A DNA stretch of 64,000 nucleotides from a bacterium (GTDB lineage Bacteria; UBA8248), in contig CBDBEV010000001.1 in NCBI GenBank assembly GCA_965204535.1, forward strand, positions 1,312,001 through 1,376,000, given 5' to 3'. The notes under the pieces are model-generated. The model saw only the letters and a program-made list of their open reading frames with translations. It made no database searches and had not been told where the DNA came from. The translations under genes and the position numbers were made by a program. Shown here in pieces: positions 1 to 6,358 of this stretch (positions are counted from its first letter, which is position 1; each line of letters begins with the position of its first letter).

Positions 1-22
1 CTTCATCGGGCGGATCTCTTGT

Positions 23-92
23 GTAGGGGTCGCATATATGCGACCCGGCCTTTTTGCCTTCCAACGACGGGCCGCATATATGCGGCCCCTAC
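23..92. repeat. GTAG-type REP doublet (REPIN-like)
   Basis: GTAGGGGTCGCATATATGCGACCC (23-46) and inverted GGGCCGCATATATGCGGCCCCTAC (69-92); an inverted copy of the doublet lies at 56430-56497. Confidence 0.85.
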
Positions 93-122
93 ACTCCCTT
101 CGCCAAGGCGTAATCCCATTGC

Positions 123-205
123 CGTCATTCCGGCATTGCAAGATTTTTTCAACAGCCCCATATTCGTGTCCCTTTTTTCTGATTCTTGGATTCGCCGGAA
201 TGACG
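123..205. repeat. CGTC-type palindromic repeat enclosing an IS/MITE-like end
   Basis: CGTCATTCCGGC (123-134) and GCCGGAATGACG (194-205) are perfect inverted arms; the interior contains TTTTTTCAACAGCCCC. Confidence 0.6.
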
Positions 206-239
206 ATGTGATGAATTCCAAGGTGGGAGAGAACCCACG

Positions 240-267
240 GTAGGGACAGGTCGCGACCTGTCCCTAC
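240..267. repeat. GTAG-type REP, perfect 28-bp palindrome
   Basis: GTAGGGACAGGTCGCGACCTGTCCCTAC. Confidence 0.8.
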
Positions 268-514
268 AGGTCAGAGACCCACACCACAGTTCGCGAACCG
301 TGGAACGAAAACGCAGGTACACCCACGCTACCTGATTTGACCCATGAAAAGGCTACGAGAAACCAGTTGGCTCGACCTTACCCGCCCTTATGAAAGCCCT
401 CTTCATTGCGGCTCACCTTCCTTGCCCCTACAATGTCAAACCCGACTGAGAAAGGAGGGTTTGCGTGATTCATATTGCCGGACAGGTTCGTAATTCGTTT
501 GGGAGCGCAGGTTC

Positions 515-1495
515 GTGGCCGACGTAGCGACGCTGAAAGAGGGTGAGCGGTTCGACGCTTTCTTCAAGATCCGCGAATACGAGGCGCGCCAGAGCCGCGC
601 GGGCCGGGCGTATCTCGATTTGACCCTCGAAGACGCCACGGGCGATATCCCCGCCAAGGTCTGGGAGCCCGCGACGCAGGTGCAGGGCGAAATCGGGGCG
701 GGCGATTTCATCAAGGTGCGCGCCATGGCGGAGAACTACCAGGGCCGCCTGCAGCTCCGGGTGGAGCGCGTCCGCCGGGTGAACGAGCAGGACTACGAGA
801 GCGGCTTCAAGCCCGAGGACTGCGTGCAGCGAACGCCCTATGACATCGACGTCATGTGGGAGGAGGCGAAGCGCATCGCGGGCGGCTGCCACCCGCTCGT
901 GGCCGCCTACCTCACCGCCATCCTGGACGCATATGAAGAAAAATTCCGCGAGTGGCCCGCCGCGCAGCGCATCCACCATCCCTACCTGGGCGGCCTGCTG
1001 GAGCACACTCTTTCTGTTACGAAAACGTGCCTGTATCTGGCGGATAAATACGACGTCTCGAAAGACCTGCTCGTCGCGGGCGCGCTCTTGCACGACATCG
1101 GAAAGCTGGAGGAACTCTCCACCGAGGGCGCGACGCACTACACTCCTGCAGGCCGCCTCCTCGGTCACATCGTGCTGGGGCGCGACATCGCCCGCGAGTG
1201 GGCGGGGCGCGAGGGCGTGTTCCAGGATGGAGACGCGCTGCCCGGGGATTTTCTGCTGCATCTGGAGCACCTCATCCTCTCGCACCAGGGCCAGCCCGAC
1301 TGGGGAACCGTGAAGGTGCCCATGTCGGCGGAGGCGCTCCTGCTCCACTACGCGGACGACATGGACGCGAAGTTCAACATCGTCAAGCGCGCGGTGGCTG
1401 AAGACAAAGGAGATGAGGAATTCACGGCCAGAAACCACGTGATGGCGCGCGTCTTCTACAAGGGCGGCCCGCCGCTCCCGCCGGAGAATGGATAG
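515..1495 (+). CDS. 3'-5' exoribonuclease YhaM family (OB fold + HD domain)
   Basis: N-terminal OB fold (YLDLTLEDATGDIPAKVW), HHPYLGGLLEHT, LLHDIGK, LLGHI, ILSHQG, LLHYADDMDAK. Confidence 0.88.
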   Translation: MADVATLKEGERFDAFFKIREYEARQSRAGRAYLDLTLEDATGDIPAKVWEPATQVQGEIGAGDFIKVRAMAENYQGRLQLRVERVRRVNEQDYESGFKPEDCVQRTPYDIDVMWEEAKRIAGGCHPLVAAYLTAILDAYEEKFREWPAAQRIHHPYLGGLLEHTLSVTKTCLYLADKYDVSKDLLVAGALLHDIGKLEELSTEGATHYTPAGRLLGHIVLGRDIAREWAGREGVFQDGDALPGDFLLHLEHLILSHQGQPDWGTVKVPMSAEALLLHYADDMDAKFNIVKRAVAEDKGDEEFTARNHVMARVFYKGGPPLPPENG

Positions 1496-1578
1496 AATGT
1501 TTGCTCGTGCGGCCATTCTCGTCTCCTGCGTACTCCCTAACGCGGCCCGCCCCGGGCCACTGCCGGAGAGACCAGAAA

Positions 1579-2466
1579 ATGTCTAGCCATATGAAAATCA
1601 TGAACGAGAAGACGGGGCGCATCGTCATGCTGGCGGTGGACCACGGCTATTTCCAGGGACCTACTTCGGGGTTGGAAGAGCCCGCGAAGACCATAAAACC
1701 CCTTTTGTCCTGGTGCGACGCGGTGAGTCCCACGAAGGGTGTTTTCCTGCGCTGCATGCCGCCTGAGAGCAAGACGCCGGTTATCCTGAGGGCATCGGGC
1801 GGAAACGCCATCGTCTATTCGGATCCGCTGGAGCTAGAGCGTGAGCTCAGCATCCGGGGGGCGGGGATAGAGGATGAGGCGTCGCGCGAAGCGCTGCGTG
1901 AGCGAATCGCCGATGATATCGTGAACCGCGAACTCTCGAACGAGTCCATCACCGTCTCGGCGGCGGAGGCCGCGCGCCTGGGCGTGGCGGGCGTTTCGGT
2001 TTCGATCTACGTGGGCGCGCGCTACCAGAAAGAGTCCATCCTGAACCTGGCGAGGATGAGCGATGAGGGCCGCCGGGAGGGTTTGATCGTTTTGGGCATC
2101 ACGGCGGTGGGCAAGGAGATGACCAGGGATGCGCGCTATCTGGGTCTTGCGACGCGCATCGCCGCCGAACACGGGGCGGACGTCGTGAAGACCTATTACT
2201 GCGAGGGCTTCGAGCGTGTGGTGCGGGGCTGTTTCGCGCCCATCGTCATCGCGGGGGGCAAGAAGGTGCCCGAGCGCGAGGCGCTCGCGTTCTGCAGGCG
2301 CGCGATTGACGAGGGCGCCGCGGGCGTGGACATGGGCCGGAACATCTTCCAGAGCGCGGATCCGGCCGCCATGGTCCGGGCGGTGCGCGCCGTCGTGCAT
2401 GAGGATTCAAGCCCGGAAGCGGCCTATGAGATGTTCGAGGATTTGAGCGCGGAAGCCCGCGTATGA
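1579..2466 (+). CDS. lsrF: LsrF-family thiolase / class I aldolase
   Basis: VMLAVDHGYFQGPTSGLE, ELSNE, ATRIAAEHGADVVKTYY, PIVIAGGKK, GVDMGRNIFQS; start chosen after GGAG, alternative 1591. Confidence 0.88.
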   Translation: MSSHMKIMNEKTGRIVMLAVDHGYFQGPTSGLEEPAKTIKPLLSWCDAVSPTKGVFLRCMPPESKTPVILRASGGNAIVYSDPLELERELSIRGAGIEDEASREALRERIADDIVNRELSNESITVSAAEAARLGVAGVSVSIYVGARYQKESILNLARMSDEGRREGLIVLGITAVGKEMTRDARYLGLATRIAAEHGADVVKTYYCEGFERVVRGCFAPIVIAGGKKVPEREALAFCRRAIDEGAAGVDMGRNIFQSADPAAMVRAVRAVVHEDSSPEAAYEMFEDLSAEARV

Positions 2467-2500
2467 TGGAGTTTCGGCTCGCGACGCAGGAAGTATGAAC

Positions 2501-3529
2501 ATGGCGGAAACCATGCGGGCGGCGGTGTATTACCGAAACGACGACGTGCGGATCGAGGAGATGGCGAAGCCCCGCGCCGGGGCGGGCGAGCTTTTGGTCG
2601 AGACGCGCGCGAGCGGCATCTGCGGCAGCGACGTAATGGAATGGTACCGGGTGAAGAGCGCGCCGCGCGTCTTGGGCCACGAGGTGACGGGCGTCGTCGC
2701 GCAAGCGGGCGAGGGTGTGGCGGGTTTTCGCGCAGGCGATCGCGTCTGCGTCACCCATCACGTGCCCTGTAATGCCTGCGCGCATTGCCTGCGCGGCGAC
2801 CACACGGCTTGTGAGATGCTGAAAGCTACGAATTTCGACCCGGGCGGTTTCGCCGAGTTCATCCGCTTGCCCGCCGTCAACGTGGATCGGGGGACGTTCC
2901 GCCTGCCCGATGAGGTTTCGGACGATGCGGGCGTGTTCGTCGAGCCGCTGGGCTGCGTCCTGCGCGGCTGGCGGCGCTTCCGGATGACGCCGGGCCTCTC
3001 CGTCCTCGTGGTGGGAAGCGGGATGTCGGGCCTGTTGCATGTGCAGGCGGCGCGCATCCTGGGAGCGGGAGCCATATTCGCGGCGGACGTCCATCCCTGG
3101 CGTCTCGAAGCCGCCGAGCGGTTCGGCGCGCATGCGCTGCCCCCGTGCGAAGATATGGCGGAGGCCTTACGGGAGGCGAACGAGGGCCGCCTGGCGGATC
3201 GCGTCATCCTGTGCGCTGGCGTGCCCGAGGCTCTTAAGACGGCCCTCGCGTGCGTCGCGACCTGCGGCGTCTTGCAGCTTTTCGCCCCCACACCGCCGGG
3301 ATACCGTCCTGAAATCGACCTCAACCGAATCTGGAGCGAGCAGATCGCCATCACCACCACCTATGGCGCGGCGCCGCTCGATCTCGAAGAAGCGCTCGCG
3401 CTCATACGCGCCGGCCGCATCGAGGTCGGGGAGATGGTCACCCACAGGCTCCCGCTCGCGCAGGCGCAGGAGGGCTTCCGCCTCGTCGCCGAGGCGGGCG
3501 AATCACTGAAAGTTGTGCTCAAACCCTGA
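2501..3529 (+). CDS. Zn-dependent dehydrogenase (MDR family, L-iditol/threonine dehydrogenase-like)
   Basis: GICGSD, GHE, structural-Zn CNACAHCLRGDHTAC, GSGMSG nucleotide-binding loop, C-terminal ESLKVVLKP. Confidence 0.9.
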   Translation: MAETMRAAVYYRNDDVRIEEMAKPRAGAGELLVETRASGICGSDVMEWYRVKSAPRVLGHEVTGVVAQAGEGVAGFRAGDRVCVTHHVPCNACAHCLRGDHTACEMLKATNFDPGGFAEFIRLPAVNVDRGTFRLPDEVSDDAGVFVEPLGCVLRGWRRFRMTPGLSVLVVGSGMSGLLHVQAARILGAGAIFAADVHPWRLEAAERFGAHALPPCEDMAEALREANEGRLADRVILCAGVPEALKTALACVATCGVLQLFAPTPPGYRPEIDLNRIWSEQIAITTTYGAAPLDLEEALALIRAGRIEVGEMVTHRLPLAQAQEGFRLVAEAGESLKVVLKP

Positions 3530-3544
3530 TCGCAAGCCCGAATC

Positions 3545-3573
3545 TTGCGGGGGAGCGCGAAAGAGATTAGTAT
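3545..3573 (+). promoter_or_regulatory. sigma70-like promoter of unit 1
   Basis: TTGCGG-N17-TAGTAT. Confidence 0.7.
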
Positions 3574-3664
3574 TTTTCCGAGAAAGCGAGCAACGCAGGG
3601 CAGGGCGCTCTGGGTCCACGAGGTTGTTCGGTTTTTTGTTGGTGGACTCGCAAGGAGGAAGGAA

Positions 3665-3871
3665 GTGACGACTTTTCAAATCGCGACGCTGGTTGCATTG
3701 GGCATTCAGAGCGCAATAGCTCTTGGTGTGGGAAGCGTTCAGTGTATCCTGATATGGAAGGGCTTGCGACAGATGGAGCGCGCCTCGGAGTTCAGGGAAA
3801 GAGAGAGCGCAAGACGGCACGAGGAATCCATGACCGCGCTCAAGGCGCTCATCGAGCGGACGGCGAAGTAA
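3665..3871 (+). CDS. Small membrane-anchored coiled-coil protein, copy 1 (68 aa)
   Basis: GTG start after AAGGAGG; hydrophobic N-terminus then charged helix; four paralogues downstream. Confidence 0.85.
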   Translation: MTTFQIATLVALGIQSAIALGVGSVQCILIWKGLRQMERASEFRERESARRHEESMTALKALIERTAK

Positions 3872-3895
3872 CTTCTACTTCCCGCCGGCCAACCC

Positions 3896-3925
3896 GCCCC
3901 CGTCTTTCGGGAAGGGGGCTTTTCT
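3896..3925 (+). terminator. Intrinsic terminator of unit 1
   Basis: GCCCCCGTCT-TTCG-GGAAGGGGGC then TTTTCT. Confidence 0.7.
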
Positions 3926-4011
3926 GTTGCTCGATTGTTCTCTGCCCATCATCTGTTTTGGGAATCTCTCCAGGTGGCGTTTAGACCTTGGGTCGCGCGA
4001 AGAACCGGATA

Positions 4012-4040
4012 TTGCGGGGGAGTGCGAAAGGGGATAGTGT
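4012..4040 (+). promoter_or_regulatory. sigma70-like promoter of unit 2
   Basis: TTGCGG-N17-TAGTGT. Confidence 0.65.
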
Positions 4041-4120
4041 TATATCCAGGATTGCGGGCCATGGGACGCGAGGCTGTGGCGTTTCGCATTTGAGAGTCAA
4101 GGACCCGGGAGGAGAAGGAA

Positions 4121-4423
4121 GTGACGACTTTTCAAATCGCGACGCTGGTGGCATTGGGCATTCAGAGCGCAATAGCTCTTGGTGTAGGAAGCGTTCAGTG
4201 TATCCTGATATGGAAAGGCTTGCGACAGATGGAGCGCGCCTCGGAGTTCAGGGAAAGAGAGAGCGCTAGACGGCACGAGGAAGTCATGATGGAGGGTGCG
4301 AGGCGGCACGAGGAGGTTATGAAGAATCACGCCGAGAACATGAAAAATCATGAGGAAAACATGAAAAAACATGAGGAGTCGATGACCGCGCTCAAAACGC
4401 TCATCGAGCGGACAGGGAAGTAA
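4121..4423 (+). CDS. Small membrane-anchored coiled-coil protein, copy 2 (100 aa)
   Basis: Same N- and C-terminal blocks as copy 1 with a 32-aa (11+7+7+7) insertion of HEE-type repeats. Confidence 0.88.
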   Translation: MTTFQIATLVALGIQSAIALGVGSVQCILIWKGLRQMERASEFRERESARRHEEVMMEGARRHEEVMKNHAENMKNHEENMKKHEESMTALKTLIERTGK

Positions 4424-4448
4424 CCTCTACTTCCCGCCGGCCAACCCG

Positions 4449-4476
4449 CCCCCGTCCTCCGGGACGGGGGTTTTCT
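4449..4476 (+). terminator. Intrinsic terminator of unit 2
   Basis: CCCCCGTCC-TCCG-GGACGGGGG then TTTTCT. Confidence 0.8.
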
Positions 4477-4562
4477 GTTGATCGATGGTTCTCTGCCCAC
4501 CATCTGTTTTGGGAATCTCTCAAGGTGGCGGTTAGGCCTTGGGTCGCGCGAAGAACCGGATA

Positions 4563-4591
4563 TTGCGGTCGGTTGCGAAAGAGATTAGTAT
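4563..4591 (+). promoter_or_regulatory. sigma70-like promoter of unit 3
   Basis: TTGCGG-N17-TAGTAT. Confidence 0.7.
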
Positions 4592-4681
4592 TTTTCTGAG
4601 AAAGCGAGCAACGCAGGGCAGGACGCTCTGGGTCCACGAGGTTGTTCGATTTATTGATGGTGGACTCGTAAGGAGAAAGAA

Positions 4682-4942
4682 GTGACGACTTTTCAAATCG
4701 CGACGCTGGTGGCATTGGGCATCCAGAGCGCAATAGCTCTTGGTGTAGGAAGTGTTCAGTGTATCCTGATATGGAAGGGCTTGAGGCAGATGGAGCGCGC
4801 CTCGGAGTTCAGGGAAAGAGAGAGCGCAAGACGGCACGAGGAAGTCATGAGGGAGGGCGCGAGACGGCACGAAGAGAACATGAAAAAACATGAGCAGTCC
4901 ATGACCGCGCTCAAGACGCTCATCGAGCGGACAGGGAAGTAA
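4682..4942 (+). CDS. Small membrane-anchored coiled-coil protein, copy 3 (86 aa)
   Basis: Paralogue with an 18-aa (11+7) insertion. Confidence 0.88.
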   Translation: MTTFQIATLVALGIQSAIALGVGSVQCILIWKGLRQMERASEFRERESARRHEEVMREGARRHEENMKKHEQSMTALKTLIERTGK

Positions 4943-4967
4943 CCTCTACTTCCCGCCGGCTACTCCG

Positions 4968-4998
4968 CCCCCGTCCTCCGGGACGGGGGTTTTCTTTT
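4968..4998 (+). terminator. Intrinsic terminator of unit 3
   Basis: CCCCCGTCC-TCCG-GGACGGGGG then TTTTCTTTT. Confidence 0.8.
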
Positions 4999-5081
4999 GT
5001 TCGATGGTTCTCTGCCCACCATCTGTTTTGGGAATCTCTCAAGGTGGCGGTTAGGCCTTGGGTCGCGAGAAGCACCGAATC

Positions 5082-5110
5082 TTGCGGTCGAGCGCGAAAG
5101 AGATTAGTAT
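5082..5110 (+). promoter_or_regulatory. sigma70-like promoter of unit 4
   Basis: TTGCGG-N17-TAGTAT. Confidence 0.7.
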
Positions 5111-5200
5111 TTTTCCGAGAAAGCGAGCAACGCAGGGCAGGGCGCTCTGGGTCCACGAGGTTGTTCGGTTTTTGTTGGTGGACTCGCAAGGAGGAAGGAA

Positions 5201-5428
5201 GTGACGACTTTTCAAATCGCGACGCTGGTGGCATTGGGCATTCAGAGCGCAATAGCTCTTGGTGTGGGAAGCGTTCAGTGTATCCTGATATGGAAGGGCT
5301 TGCGACAGATGGAGCGCGCCTCGGAGTTCAGGGAAAGAGAAAGTGCGAGACGGCATGAGGAAAACATGAAAAAACATGAGGAATCGATGACCGCACTCAA
5401 GACGCTCATCGAGCGGACAGGGAAGTAA
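5201..5428 (+). CDS. Small membrane-anchored coiled-coil protein, copy 4 (75 aa)
   Basis: Paralogue with a 7-aa insertion (NMKKHEE). Confidence 0.88.
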   Translation: MTTFQIATLVALGIQSAIALGVGSVQCILIWKGLRQMERASEFRERESARRHEENMKKHEESMTALKTLIERTGK

Positions 5429-5453
5429 CCTCTACTTCCCGCCGGCTACTCCG

Positions 5454-5481
5454 CCCCCGTCCTCCGGGCCGGGGGTTTTCT
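5454..5481 (+). terminator. Intrinsic terminator of unit 4
   Basis: CCCCCGTCC-TCCG-GGCCGGGGG then TTTTCT. Confidence 0.75.
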
Positions 5482-5567
5482 GTTGCTCGATTGTTCTCTG
5501 CCCACCATCTGTTTTGGGAATCTTTCAAGGTGACTTTTAGGCCTTGAGTCGCGCGCAGAGCCGGATA

Positions 5568-5596
5568 TTGCGGGAGTACGCGAAAGGGGATAGTGT
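5568..5596 (+). promoter_or_regulatory. sigma70-like promoter of unit 5
   Basis: TTGCGG-N17-TAGTGT. Confidence 0.65.
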
Positions 5597-5676
5597 TATA
5601 CTCAGGATTGCGGGCCATGGAACGCGAGGCCGTGGAGTTCGCAGGGTGAATACGAAAGACCCGAGAGGAAAAAGAG

Positions 5677-5871
5677 ATGACGACTTTCCAAATCGCAACG
5701 CTCGGGTTCTACGCCGTGCAGTCCCTCATCGGCCTCGCGCAGTGCGCCCTCATCCTGATGGGCTTGAGGCAGATGAGCCGCGCCTCGGAGTTCAGGGAAA
5801 GAGAGAGCGCTAGACGGCACGAGGAATCCATGACCGCGCTCAAGACGCTCATCGAGCGGACGGCGAAGTAA
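5677..5871 (+). CDS. Small membrane-anchored coiled-coil protein, copy 5 (64 aa, divergent TM segment)
   Basis: MTTFQIATL start and RASEFRERESARRHEESMTALKTLIERTAK tail are shared; the hydrophobic segment differs. Confidence 0.85.
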   Translation: MTTFQIATLGFYAVQSLIGLAQCALILMGLRQMSRASEFRERESARRHEESMTALKTLIERTAK

Positions 5872-5896
5872 TCTCTACTTCCCGCCGGACAACCCG

Positions 5897-5927
5897 CCCC
5901 CGGCCTCCGGGATGGGGGTTTTTCTTT
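5897..5927 (+). terminator. Intrinsic terminator of unit 5 (its T tract is the IS target site)
   Basis: CCCCCGGCC-TCCG-GGATGGGGG then TTTTTCTTT. Confidence 0.7.
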
Positions 5928-5961
5928 GGGAATTATATACTAAGTTACCCAAGCGGCATGT

Positions 5962-6111
5962 TTAGGCGTGCTTTTTCTTGAGGTAGCGCCAGTTCTTTTT
6001 GGGCGGTCGCTGCATGATCGCGCGCGCTACATTCTCCGGTGTGTCATGTATCGGTTTAGGCATTGGGTTGGATGGTCGACCTACTGGTTTCTTGTTAGTT
6101 TCTTCTCTCAT
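5962..6111 (-). CDS. Small basic hypothetical protein at the IS end (49 aa)
   Basis: ATG after GAAGGGGG; GRPSNPMPKPIHDTPENVARAIMQRPPKKNWRYL; stops just inside the TIR. Confidence 0.55.
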   Translation of the reverse strand: MREETNKKPVGRPSNPMPKPIHDTPENVARAIMQRPPKKNWRYLKKKHA

Positions 6112-6358
6112 ATGAAGCCCCCTTCTAGGCATACTAGCGAACGCACACTCATCCTTCAAATTAAAATTTGACACAACTTACCCAACATTGCATTATCGTA
6201 TGAGCCAAACATCTGCATGTGGTCCTGAAAGTCGGGCCGCCTGCTGAATACAAAACCGCTCCCAGCGGAAATAAGCAGGGTCTCACCCAAAACGTGCAGA
6301 TGTTTGGCGACCGACCCGGCCTCGCGGTGAGGCCAGGAAACTCCAAGGAGAAGTCGTC

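Larger units (their letters stand above)
3500..5927 (+). repeat. Tandem array of five long direct-repeat units (462, 551, 519, 486, 410 bp)
   Basis: Units start at 3500, 3962, 4513, 5032, 5518; each has promoter, leader, small ORF and terminator with near-identical sequence blocks. Confidence 0.95.

Noticed and set aside
3564-3593. Divergent antisense promoter (TTGCTC-N18-TAATCT on the minus strand) for a type I antitoxin RNA
   Set aside because: Weak match, present only in leader-A units, and its transcript would not overlap the unit's own mRNA; not supportable without RNA data.
3545-3664. 108-aa N-terminally extended version of copy 1
   Set aside because: The TTG start is the -35 box; the paralogues and the RBS place the start at GTG 3665.
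4423-5061. Integron attC sites (GTTAGGC at ~4531 and ~5050)
   Set aside because: The motif is absent from the other two spacers, there is no matching RYYYAAC/L-box structure or intI, and it is better explained as part of the dehydrogenase 3'-end copy.
3665-5871. Diversity-generating retroelement template/variable repeats
   Set aside because: No reverse transcriptase, and differences are modular indels rather than adenine-specific substitutions.
3500-5927. CRISPR array
   Set aside because: Repeats are hundreds of bp and protein-coding, with no unique 30-40 bp spacers and no cas genes.
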